Source: Kudoa neothunni (Eukaryota; Animalia; Cnidaria). Taken from it: DNA of 64,000 nucleotides. Position numbers and translations under genes: made by a program. Location of the stretch: NCBI GenBank assembly GCA_964304625.1, contig OZ199838.1, forward strand, positions 12,068,524-12,132,523, given 5' to 3'. The notes below the pieces were generated by a model that was given only the letters and a program-made list of their open reading frames with translations, had not been told where the DNA came from and ran no database searches. Below are positions 15,903-29,100 of this stretch, piece by piece (the first letter of the stretch is position 1; each line of letters starts with the position of its first letter).

Positions 15903-17399
15903 CTGCTCACTACAGCTGCATAGTGTGTGTAGATTAATTCTACCACTCTATCCATAAATTGAACTATGCCAGCTTCACTTTGTGCTTTTATATTCAGTGA
16001 TTAATTTTTTTTAATTATAGAGAAAAAGAAAATGCACCCAAAACATAAGGTCGAATAAAGAAATCTGTGTTATCTTTTCGTCTTAAATTTAGTCCCCGCG
16101 ACCTAGTTGCTAGTGAACTTGTTAGTTATTATTTTATGTTTAAATGTTCCCTGTTATTTGTATTCTTTTTTGGTTGTAATCATTCGTTGTCATCGCTCAC
16201 GGTGTTAGGTTAACGTTCTTAGCCTACTTTATATTTACTGTCTCTCGCGACATTTATGTCTTGAGAGGTCCGGTTTAAATATCTTATTGTTTATAAAATT
16301 ATTTACTCAAAAACCTCTTGTTCCGTTGTGAGACATTTGTGGTTATCATTTAATTAGAGCGGAAGCTATTTGCGCGTTCAATTTTAATCCTATAAACTTT
16401 TACTCAAAAGCGGTATACAAAGTTAATTTTTTATGATCCGCAATTTTTTTTATTTCTGGCCCCTACATGGTTTTTAGAGGGCAAAAATAATTAAATATAG
16501 TGAAAACTAGTGACATCCCATTACTATTTACCGTGTCAATAACCAGTACGTTTTCATTATTATTCTGTTTGACTAATAGAACCACATCTTAAATTAGGAT
16601 GACTGAAAATATATTCTTAAAATTATTCGACCAAAAAATCATCTCTACTTTTTGCTAAAAGAATATTTTTACTGAAATATTATATTCTTCGACATCATAC
16701 TCAAATTTAATGAATGATTAATCCCAGGATATCATATAAATTATATTTATCCAATTTATTTTCTAACAGATTATCAAAACAGAAATCCTAGTTTGTCACC
16801 TAAATATTTTTAATGATGTATCTACGACATCAGTCTTTAATTGAATACTAATATTACTTAAAAATATAAGTTATTTTACTTATATTCAAACAAAATTGTT
16901 TATCTTTTGTTAAACATCTCAAAAAATTTACCATTGTCCACTGTCATTCAGAAGTTCTTACATTATTCATATAAACATGATTGATTTTAATATTAAATTC
17001 AAGGATGATTTATATAATAACCATTAATCATAAGCTCGTGTTGACGAACGTCTTTATAGTCCCTATTAAATCTTACATGCGTTCTTGATTTAATTCTCTC
17101 CGTGCATTTTAATATAAGATTAATTTCTTCAGTGATTGAAATTTTTCATCCCACTCCTCATAAAATTAGATGACTTCGTCTTAGTTAAATACAAAATCTT
17201 AAGAAACGTGAAAAAAAGTTTAAAATTTGAATGAAAAAATACTCATTTCACAACTCAATTATTTTTACAACAGTGAGACCATACTAGAGATTATTTGAAC
17301 AAATGCTTACAGCAATAACTAATTCTTTAGTTATATTTGTTTTAGCAATTGAAATTAGCTTGAATTTTTTACATCATCAAACCACCCAACCATAGGCGC

Positions 17400-18570
17400 T
17401 GATCAGCCGATAAATTATTGGCACTCGTTATTGCTACGGATCCAGGATCCGTATAATCCTCATGTGCAGGTTGTCTATCAGCGTTGCCAACTATGTCCGA
17501 TTTTTACTCTTGTTCTTCGAAAGATTGAATATTCGCAAAACAAAGTTTCAATGTTACGGAGCTTTTGCAAATTCACAAAAAATGGAATTTAATCGTTGCT
17601 GATTTCATTACGAGAAATCTTCGAGTAGAAAATTTTATACCTGGAACAATGTTTTATTTCAAATTAATATGTCTGCAATAGAAGTTCACCAAACGTAAAA
17701 TACAATTTGAAATTTTAATGATTCTTAAAACTCACTTAATACAAAAATTGAGCTTAAAAACATGTCAAAAATTTATCAACATGAACACATTTTTCAATTT
17801 TATGCTCCTGATAAGACCAACATTTTGGATTTTTTACCATTATTGCGACAAGACAGTTTTACCATGACCACGAACCATTTTGGAATAATTATGAAGAGAT
17901 TTTTGTGCTTGAATTTAAAAAAGACTCTGATGTTTGTGATATCCAATGTTAAGTTATCATTACAAGTGCTTATTATCAATTGTCAAAAAATCCTAATTTT
18001 AGATATTACCTAAACAAATTATAAGTTAACTAAATATTATTTACTTGACTAATTTTCTTTAATTTTAATGAATGAATGATCTCACATAAAAATAAAACCT
18101 CATCTAGGTATAGTTATTATGTTATTCAACAATCGAACGGAAGACTATAATATAATCGTTTGAAATTAAACGAATTGAATAGGTTCAAAAACAAAGTTTG
18201 TTTGATTTAATTATTAACAATCGCCTTTTTGGCCATTGTTTATCGGCAAATAAATTTTAATTCTATCGGAAAATACAACACATCTTTACTTCCTCTAACT
18301 CTGATTAACGCTTCTTCGGAAAGAGCATTTTTTTCTTCTGGAATTTGCGAAAACATCAGAAGAAATAGAATGTTGTGTTTTACATTAGATTATCTTGTTT
18401 TAATGAGGAAATTTTTCAGCACATCGACCAAATGATGCCACAAATTTGAAGTTTCTGAGTTAATTATAAATTAATGTAATATTTTTACATATAATTAAAT
18501 ATTAGTTAAGTTTTTACAAAAATTCTTATTTTTCTGATTTTGTCCGGCAAAACTTTGGCCGGATATCCGA
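17400..18570 (+). pseudogene. hAT transposase remnant
   Basis: ORF 18229-18435 contains NASSERAFFSSG...RRNRM...TLDYLVLM, resembling the hAT C-terminal dimerisation motif. Boundaries approximate. Confidence 0.55.
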
Positions 18571-20872
18571 TTAGCAATAGACAACAGCGTTGTCTATTGC
18601 TAGGGGAGGGAATATATCCAAATCTAAAAAAAAATTTTTAATTCACTTTTTTCAATTAAGTATTATCTCGGGTTTTGCAAAATTTTCTGAATTTTCAGAT
18701 CTGGTCCAGTCGAAATTTGACCGGGTGACTGATTTAGGTTGACAAGACCAATATTAACACATGCAAAGAGGGAACCACGAGAATTCGTTGATATTCGTTT
18801 AACCAAATCAAGCAAATTGGATTGCTGATTCTTGTTCAATTAAAAAAATTGTTGTGAAATTGGCTCCAAAATTTTAAACCAAAAATCAATATTTTTTTAT
18901 TGGCAGTGACTAACGACTTGGCAGATTAGCATCGCGTGTTTTATAAATTTACTTTAAGTTGGTATACAATTAAATTTAACATTATAAACAACATTTCAAT
19001 GATAAATATATCTAGCCATTATGTTTCATTGAGGAATATGTAGATAGATCTTATTTAGAAACGGATAGCATCAAGATTTTTACGGTTAAACTATTGAAAC
19101 GTCATATCCTTGTATAAAATGTTTAATTCTTTAATCTAAGAATTCACGAAGCCTAATTTTTCCATCAAAATTTAAACTTCCTATTTACCCATTCTGATGA
19201 CTTTACTTTGTGCTATATTGACCCTTAAAGCGCATCTACAAATAATAGTGATCAAATGTATTTCACTCTATTTTCAAAAATAAGAAATTATTATTTATAT
19301 CAACCCGATAATTTATCGATATTTAATTTTGATAAATTAATACTAGCGAGCTAGTTCACATGATGCTTAACATACAAATAGTTCAGTTGGTCAAGCAACC
19401 AAGTAGTTTAACATATATCTAAAGGTGAATAAAAATTATATTGATTATCTAAATAAAATAAACAGTTTTTAATGTCCCAATAAAGTAACTATACATCTTC
19501 ATTTAATTTTCAAAGAGATTATATTAAATATGGTAGAATATTCTTAAATGCTGAGCTTATAAAGTCGGTTACATGTAAGATATTATTATCGTCAACAAGT
19601 TTCTAAATATATAACAAAATTATAGAAACTTATTGAGATTTTAGAAATTAATTCAAAAACGATGCTTCTGTACAAATTCATCTTATAACTAGTTCTGCTG
19701 GCATAAGAAAGGGTATTTACTCTATTATGTAAATCATTGAATAATTTTACAGCTATAATTTCATGTGACATTATAATACTCGATCATATCGTTTTCGTGC
19801 GCTCTCAAAGATTTTGCAATTTAGTATGGAAATATTTTGGTCCTGAAATTCAAACTATTAGATTCTCAACTTCAACTCTTAAAAGCGACAAAACGTATTA
19901 CCGACATTAAAAACTATTCTTTTTAATGTTAACATCACTATCTTCTACATCATCTTCGATGTTGTTCATCGTGAATGTATAACCACGCTATCCTGTGTAC
20001 AAATTCCATAAAATACAACGTTACAACATTATGTTGATACTATGGTTAATTAATCGATTTTTCATAAATTCCCTCGAAAAATAAATCAATAAAATGCTAA
20101 ATAAACTAATAAAATCAGCATAACAATCAAGTTATCGGTAAGACTTCTCAAATGGAACGATCACCATATCAAATGTATGTTTTTAAACATTGTAATATAA
20201 CAATCATAAAACAACCAATCTTATTTTATTTATATAGTGCAAAAAAGGCAAGACGATCATAAAACATATCTGCCGGGTCAATAGGCACCGCCTTTTTGAT
20301 TACAAATATGTCAGACGTATGTTTTTAAAACGTAATTTATTTGCGTCTGCGCATATATATATATTTATATTTAAGAAAGGATTACCTTATAAAAATAAAT
20401 GATTGCTCAATTCTTAAAAAGATTATGAAAGCAAATACTTTTTTCAAGCAGTAAGCGGGTTTGAAACCGACATTAAAAAGATCTGATGATGTAAAGAAAT
20501 CGATGAGTTTCGCAATAACAAATTTAAAATTATCCATGGTTGTTTTAATTTAGGGGAGTTAACCTCTAAAAATCGAATAATAATCGAAAAATGACAAATA
20601 TTTAATATAGTTTTAGTTCTCATCATTTATGGCTACAAAGAGAGTTACATTGCAGATTAATGTTACATGAATTTATGCATTTTCCTTAACTTAAATCATT
20701 AAAAAATAATTGAATGAAATAATAAAATCCAATTAAATTCAAAATTAACAAATTCATTTTAAAATTAGCAAAATATCAACAAATCTTGATTTGTTGAAAG
20801 CAAGCACTTGGCTGGGAAGATTAGACCTCTTAAACGTGGGCCCACATTGAATCACGCATACCATTCATAAAA

Positions 20873-22883
20873 ATGCCTGATTGGAATCAATATAATTCTC
20901 CTTTGATAAGATATATCACTCCTGAAATGTCTCATAACTTTTCAGTAAAAAATCGTATTGAGACTTGGAGAAAATTATGGCTCTATTTGGCCAAAGGACA
21001 ACAAGTTGGCTTCTTGTGTGGTTTTTTGCCGTAAAACTTTGTTAGAAACTTGGTTTTCCAATAACCAATGACCAGATCACTGAAATGGAAAACAATATCA
21101 CAAATATTGATTTTGATAGAGCTGTAGAACATGAAATTAACACTCGACATGATGTTATGGCGCATATTCACACTTTTGCAGAAGTTTGTCCTAAAGCTAA
21201 ACAGATTATTCATTTGGGGGCCACTTCATGCTATGTTACGGATAATGCTGTATTTTGCTACTGTTAAAGGTTGGATCTATAATTGAATTTAGGATCTAAT
21301 TCTAATAAAATCTGCCTTTGGAATCGTCATAGCAAAAGTAATTTCTCTTGATTTCACCCATGCACAAACAATAACTAAAACAATATCATAGTTATTACGA
21401 TTAATTAAAGAGCTCTCTATGAAAGCTAACCAATACAAATCTCTACCCACATTGGCATATACTCATTTCCAGTAGAGATTAGTTGTTTATAGAAGTCAAT
21501 TAAAAATTTTTATCTTGAGTGTAGACCAGCTCAATTAACTACGATGGGAAAGAGATTTGCATTCTGGCTGCAAGATCTCGTTTCAGATTTCAACAATATT
21601 TCAACAGCTAGGAATAATCTCAAATTTCGAGGTGTCAAAGGAACCGTTGGCACACAGGCTAGTTTTCTAGAACTTTTCAACAATGATTATGATCAAGTAA
21701 ATAATGCGGAAGGTGGATTTGTGCTATTTTTAACGTACAAAAGGTGAAGCAGTTGGATAAACTGGTCACCGAGATGGCTGGGTTCAACGAATCCTATGCT
21801 TTAACGTGTCAGACCTATAGCAGGAAGGTTGATTTAGATTGTGTGGCTACTTTATCTAGTTTCTCTGCCACCATTCACAAAGTTAGCCAATTATTCTCTG
21901 CTAGTTTTTCTATTTTTATTCAGATTTGTCAAGATATTAGACTGCTGAGTGGTATCAGTGAAGTGTCTGAACCATTCGGTCAACATCAAGTTGGATCTAG
22001 CGCAATGCCTTACAAAAAGAACCCTATTCGAAGTGAACGTTGTTGCGGATTGGCGCGTCATCTCGTATCGCTTTACATGGATACGTTTCAAACAGCAAGT
22101 GTTCAAATGCTTGAACGTTCACTTGATGATAGTTCGAGCAGGTATATCTTAATTTTTGCTTATTCAAACCAAATTAGTAAGATTTGGCTAAAATTTTCTA
22201 GTCTATCATAATATTTTTGTTTTTATAAAAATAACAATGCTCCTAAATAGAAAAATAGATGTGAATAAATTAAAATTCGCATGCTTCCAACAGTTAGCTA
22301 AAAATAATTTATGTGAGCAATCCTGCGAAGAATAAAATTATACTTAAATAATATTTTATTATCCAACTATGGAACTAATATAATTTTATTAGACGAATAT
22401 CCATCCCCGAATCCTTTATAATAACTGATATCCTTTTGCACACCTTAATCAACATTATCAGTGGTTTGGAGGTGTATCCTGCGGTGATTGGGCGGAATGT
22501 TGCAGTTCAAATGCCTTTTCTTGCGTCCGAGAAGATTATCGTTGAAATGGTCAAATATGGATCTAATCGTGATGAATGTCATGAGAAAATGCGCCAGTTA
22601 TCCATGGAGGCGACAAAACGTGTTAAAATCGATGGTCTTGACAACAACTTTATCCAGTGCATCCTAAATGATGACTATTTTAAGCCTATTCACGATAAAG
22701 TTTCTTCAATATTTGACCCTTCTAGTTATGTTGGATGCGCTGTGTTTCAGGTAGATTTGTGTACTTTGCGGCTTATTAGTTTAATCCATTTAGGTTGAAA
22801 ACTTCCTGAAAGGTACAGTCGAGCCAATTCTAAGTCAGAATGGCCATTTAATTAATGAAAATAAATGTGAACTGAATGTTTAG
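20873..22883 (+). CDS. ADSL: Adenylosuccinate lyase, 9 exons
   Basis: Splices into an open frame: [11 protein letters not shown]...[81 protein letters not shown]. Eight GT-AG introns (seven of ~41-54 nt, one ~250 nt). Confidence 0.96.
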
Positions 22884-23423
22884 ATAGATGCAGAAAGCCA
22901 TTTTAAATTTTTTCATAATCTTCAAAGTCTAATTTTCTTTCTAACTTATCCATACCTTAGTTGAGATTCATATGAGATTTTTGTTCATTCGAAAATAAAA
23001 GTTAATTTAGTTAGCGGTTTATTTAAAAGACGCATGCGAATTTAATTTGAGTGCCTATTTAATTGATATTTCTAGTGTGGCAAAAAGATTTACCCAGCTT
23101 CTTATAGATAATAAGTTTTGATAAATTTTTCCTAAAAACATGTACTTTTTGTGATTAGGGATCGCAGTTTTCGATTGAAATCGTCGAGTTTAGTCGTCGA
23201 ATTTTTAAAAAAGTTTTGACGTTTATTCCCCAGGAAAATTCGAAAAAGTTGAAATAGGAAGTAACCGGAGAGAAATTGCTAGTTTTCTTATTGAATGAAT
23301 CGACATAGAGAAGGTGGAAAATGAATTAGCATGTAAATAAAGTCAAAGAAACATTCTTCGTTAAATAAATGTTTCAATTCATTTCTCTGCCAGTTAATTT
23401 TTTAGGATGGTGACTATTTGTAA

Positions 23424-24273
23424 CAGGGCGTCCAATGAGACCACCGCTAAAAACGCGAGGTCGCAAAAACACAATAATATTATTAAATTAACGAAAATTT
23501 TTATTTTAAACGCGTTTTCTAATTACTTTTGTCAATAAAATCGTATCGGTCATCTTCACATCCCCTAATTAAGAAGTTTGATCTATTTTTCAAACGTTCA
23601 AGGTATCGTTGGCTCACAACATCGCTGTTCACATCATGAATTAGTTTATTTGTTGGATGCGGCATTAAACACGTATTATTATTTCTTCTGATCAACTGCT
23701 TTACGATAAGTTTTCATTTTACAATTTCAGCATTTACTGAGTTAGTTTGTTTCGTCTTTATTGTGTTCATTAGTGAATAAATTAGTTCAACATTTGCAGT
23801 AGCTGGAATCTCTGTCCTTAGCATCTTGATCAAGCCAATATTTAAAAGCTACTGTAACCAATCTTGATCAGAGCACACATTATTCCATGCTCTTTTTTAG
23901 CTCCGTTTGAAATTTTACGTATACTTTAAAATAATATACGTCGATAGCTTCAAAGTATGTTGTTAGCAAAACTAGAAAATTTAAAGATGGCGTTGAAAAA
24001 CCTAAATACAATCACAGAATAATAAGAATAATTGATTAAATAACAATTATCTAGGGGTTGGAAAATAGCGCGTTGCCGACGATCGTGATATCTTGTTAAA
24101 ATTTCGAATAATTTGAATTATCTCCATTACTAAAACAATAAATATGATTATTCTACCTAATTCTAAAACTTATTATTTATTAACTGATCCCAAAGAATTC
24201 AATAATCTACAAGTTTTATAAATAAACAAAAAAACCCAAGTTCTTGGGGAAACCCCCAGGTTTGGACGCCCTG
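23424..24273 (-). mobile_element. Internally deleted hAT element
   Basis: TIRs CAGGGCGTCCAA / TTGGACGCCCTG. Internal minus-strand hAT dimerisation-like remnant IPATANVE...LMNTIKTK (~23740-23810). Related copy at 34567-35094. Confidence 0.7.
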
Positions 24274-24289
24274 GTGCAAATAGACACTA

Positions 24290-25199
24290 CAGTCGTGACT
24301 CGGTATTGCGTAATAGCCTAATATCTCGTTAATTTTTTAATCGATCATAAATATGGATACCGCCAAGTAATAATTACATTATTATCTCGTAAAATATGTT
24401 TAAAAATATTTATGAATAAAAAAATTAGTACGGAATTGCTCAGTATTGCGAAGTAATTTTGTATTGCGTGGCAATTCAAGGGTCCGGAAAACCCGTTTTG
24501 ATTCGACATTGCGTAGTTAATTTTACCATGTCAAGGATACAGAAAGATGTTGACGAGAAATTTGAAATTATCCGTTGTAATAATTCAATTAAGTCAACGA
24601 GGAGTTAAAAAATGAACAGCCTAAAAATTTGATCTTAATAGTAGAATAATTATGTCTTGGTAAAAAATACATTTTAAATATAAAGAACATTCAACCCTCT
24701 GGTGGAATCTTTTAGATAGAACAAAAACTTTCCAGCTACGATGTTTCTAACAAACAAAAACGTGAATGAAGAAGAGATTTTATTAGTGGTCTAATTTAAT
24801 GGCGAGCCATGCGTCAGTAACTCTGATGATGAGTGCCAAAAGGAACTATTAGTCGTAAAAGTGTCTACATCTAAAATTCAGTAAGTCTTATTAACTCTTA
24901 AACAAACCTTTATAAGCGAAGATCCATAAGGTCTGTGATTTACATCCTATTATAGATCGAAAATAAGCTATTCTAAAAGAAGGAAAAATGCAGATAAAAA
25001 TGGTAGACTACGTCTCTAAACACGAAATAAAAATGTAAAACTCTTTTTTTAATTATACAAACGAAATTATGTTTAAAAAGGAGCCAATAAATGTTTTAAT
25101 CTATTTTTGTAATACGCGCATCTCGATATCGCTTATTAATTTTGTATTTCGTAGTAAGTTGTAGGTCACAATTTACTACGCAATACCGAGTCAAGACCG
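24290..25199. mobile_element. pogo/Tigger-type non-autonomous element
   Basis: TA|CAGTCGTGACTCGGTATTGCGTA ... TACGCAATACCGAGTCAAGACCG|TA, with internal ATTGCG subterminal repeats. Confidence 0.8.
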
Positions 25200-26129
25200 T
25201 ATCATTTTTTAGAGCTTGAAAAAATGGGAAAAGTTGAAAAGTTGGTTTCAATTATTGTTCTCGGTGTATTTATACTATTTCTACTACATAAGAAAAGTTT
25301 GTTGGGGGTGCTGATCTAAATTTTTCCTAATTTAAAATGTTCAAACACATATGCGTGCGCGCTAAATAACCAACCAAAATAAACGTAGGTTTTTTTTAAA
25401 TAAATGTGAAAAACAGCGATCCATATTTATAGTCGAATTTTTTTAGTGTGAATAAAATTTTCTTACAATAAAGATTTTTTTCCTTATTAATAAAATGGCA
25501 AATAAAGCTTGCATTTATTATAAAAACCGCCTTTGTATTCAATAAATGCCTATTACTGTGAATTCTAATAGATGAAATATCATTAAACTCTTTAATTTTT
25601 TGTATTTAAAAGAATATAGGCTATTTTAAATTCAACCCCTATCACGGCGCAGAATAACCAACCAATACACGCTGTTAAATTATAAAAATCCAAGTTTATG
25701 GAGATACGTTATCTAGAAAATCAATTTAATTACACAAAATCGAGTTTTATATCATTCATATCTTTATTGTAATATTGTTTATTTTTAAATTATTAAAATG
25801 AGTATTTTTATGTCTTTTAATTTGAATATGAAAGGACGAGAGGTTTGAGAGTTACGTCGCCATGGGGAACACGTGACCCGAATGGACTAACTTATGAAGT
25901 AATATAAGTAACGAAGCGCCCCTTTTGCGACTTGATGCTCTCAAAAATTTTCAAAAAGTCGTTAAACTAGCATAACTTTTGTCAAATAATAGATTGTGAG
26001 TTTCAAAAAAAATCAAACATAATACAATGGGCTCAAATGACTCGAAAACGCGGTCAATATTTAGATATATATTTAAACACTAAATATACTACAAGAATGT
26101 TTCAAACGAACTAAAGCGAATTCATAAAA

Positions 26130-29100
26130 CTAACGAATTTTTTTTGAAAAGGATCGTCTAACTGGGCCAGCAGTGCAAAAACTGCAAAACCAAGATTCTT
26201 CTGGAACATTTTGAAGAGGTGGCTCCGCACACAATAAATGAAATGATCGAGGGCATCCATCACAACAAACCAACAAACCTCCATAATTACAAGTATTGCA
26301 ATATTCTTGATGGAAATTATCAGGTGATGAGTCCTCATTTTCATCCTGTACTTGTGTTGACTTCGAGAGGTGGTTGTGTTTTTTTGAGGGTTTCTTTTTG
26401 GTCGCTCCTTCAGCACAACTATAGCAGGTCCAAGGAGCTCTTGTAACTCGAACAATTTGTGGGATAGCACATTCAACGTGGAAGTAACAACAACATTCAA
26501 CACAAGGTAGCGTTGCTCCACCAGAATCGCATGATTTGCACATCTTTTTCTTAGGGCTATTGGAACTTTGATCGTGTTGGTCAACATCCGAGTCGTCATT
26601 GCTATCGTCCAAGTTTGTGTTATCTCTTTCATTATCGGCACAATTTGAGCAAAGCACATAACCATGACAATTATTTGCAATTTCATGCTCATCAGCGTTT
26701 TGAGATTGAATAAGAGAGTTGGGATAGCATTCAGAATGATACGCACATCCACAATCAACACAAAGACGCAATGGTTTACGCCCGTGCGATGAACATTTCC
26801 AACATTTGATTTTGGTGTAACGGTCATAGTTTTCATTAACAGCATTATTAAGTATTTCAAGATGAAGACATAGTTGAGGGAATGTGTTGGCTGATTGGAG
26901 AGATTCCAAAAACTGATTCAAATTAAATTCGGGATTAAAATCAAAAATATTTTTTGTGTAAGATGTAAAATTTTTAAGACGACCATTGGATTGGTTGAAA
27001 AAATTTCGAGCTTGAGAATTGTTGATCAACGCTTTACAATCAATATTGGAACAAATCTAAACAAAAGATAAGTCGCAAGACCAACTTATAATTTACCATT
27101 AAAATATGATTCTTCATATTGGAAAAAATTCCGTATTTTTCCTGCGATGATAGGTAATTTGCGGTTGCTAAAGGATACAAAACATTTTCCTTTGAAAAAT
27201 TCCATAGAAAGTTAAAACTATTCAGCTCAATTCTAATACGATCAATTAGGTTTAGAAGATAGTTGTAACTGGCCGACACATCTACTACATTTGGAATGCT
27301 GTCAGATAACAAATTCTTAACGGTGTTGTTTTGCCTGTTCTTGTTTGCAACATTGTAACCGATAGTGGGGCTCACATTTCTGATAGTAGAATAGAAGGAA
27401 AAAAGAGACTGTAATTTTTGGTACAGACTGTTTTCGCGTTTACCGTCCCGTACAAAAACATCGAAAAACCCTCGAATGTCACATAAATCCTTTATTTTGT
27501 CAGAGGGCGAATTGATACAGCGTTCATCAAGAAAAATAAACCCCCAATAATTGTCGTTTGATTTATTGGTTTTTTTCATATGACTTCCATAGGTTTGATA
27601 GTTGAGCGAGACATTTTTAATTTTATCATGAATCAACGAGCGTAATTTTACTGTCGAATCACAGTTATCATATATCGAGAAAACGTCGAAATCAGAACGA
27701 ATCAAATAACTGTCAAGCAATTTTCTTCTCAAGAATTCCTTGGGGCGAACAGAAATCTGTTTCTCCGATAGCATACGGTTCGATTTGTTGTCCAAGAATT
27801 TCACCTTTTTGCATGTACAGTTGTAATACACTTTAAATGGATCAAAACAATTATTCAACGTCTCGTACACCTAAATATTATTAGCTTATCAACCGCAAAT
27901 CCAAATATAAATCAAAATGAATAAAAATTCCAGAACTATATATTAAATCGAGTACTACATATTTATAAAAATTTAAAAATATTAGTTATATAATAATATA
28001 ATTAAACTTGCATCATGCTCCCCAAATTTTTTATTTATAAATAGGCTACTAATTGTTACCTATATTTTAAGTGTTTAATTCCAACTCAATTTCCGAATTA
28101 AGTTTAAAATACAAAAAGTGAATTTAAAAAATTTATGTTATAAACATTAATCCTCTAACGATTATAAAAACGACTTACCTCCAACGATAAAGTTGAGGTC
28201 GAATCGACCCTACATTTTTATTTTATTTTCCATTACTAAAAAATATCTTATTCCGGCTTATAAAATATGCAAGAAATCTATCGACAAAGGTTTGATTAAA
28301 TTAAAGTTTACTAACCCATTAATCTTCGTTAATCCGTTAATGTATCGATTCAGGCAACTTCGCCAAATATCGTTACTTACATGCTAAGGAAACGGCGGCT
28401 ACATTGCGAAATGAGGTTTATGTATAAAAAATAATGAAATGAAAACAGTTATTACAATTTGAGTGAAGTTTTACAGAAATTAAAACAAACGTAAAAATTA
28501 ATTTTATAACTTTGCGCGCTTAAAAAAATAATGCATTCGAACGTTCAACGATAAGACTGGCCCGCGTAGTACAAAATTTCTTATGGTTTAATTTTTTTTA
28601 ATTTTTAAACACCGACTGCAACATCTAGCTGAATGGTCACCGCTAAAATGGCGATTGCACAATCCATAAATAACAACAATCAAGCGTTGATTTAGCTCTC
28701 TAAGTCGTATGGATTGTCGAGCCTGGCGGAGAGTTCAAAAAAATATTTTATGCGCGTGTTCTTGATGCAGATTCTTTTGTAAAACTCTAAGCTAACCCAT
28801 ATTCACCAATCAATGAAATATTGTATATGCCTATATCGTCGTCATCAGTTTCTTGAGAGACATCCTCATACTCACTCACTATCATAAGACACATCGTTAT
28901 GAAATAAAAAATTAAATTCAGAATCAATAGACATTCTCCTGATATTAAATCACCACTGAAGGAAAAAATATTTTACATTACCTAGATCAATCGATCGCCG
29001 AAATTGTGCACGAGCAATGTTCGATTAGGTTGCGTACAATTAGTTCAAGGATTAATTTTGATTTTCCTGAGAATTCTCTCGGTAAAATCTTTTAATATCT

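Noticed and set aside
16189-16285. tRNA-like A/B-box resemblance downstream of SERCA
   Set aside because: No cloverleaf or acceptor stem can be formed and the B-box is degenerate; at most a decayed SINE-like relic.
26111-26860. 249-aa alternate-frame ORF overlapping the PHD exon
   Set aside because: M/T/V-rich composition typical of an off-frame reading of D/N/C-rich codons; no recognisable domain.
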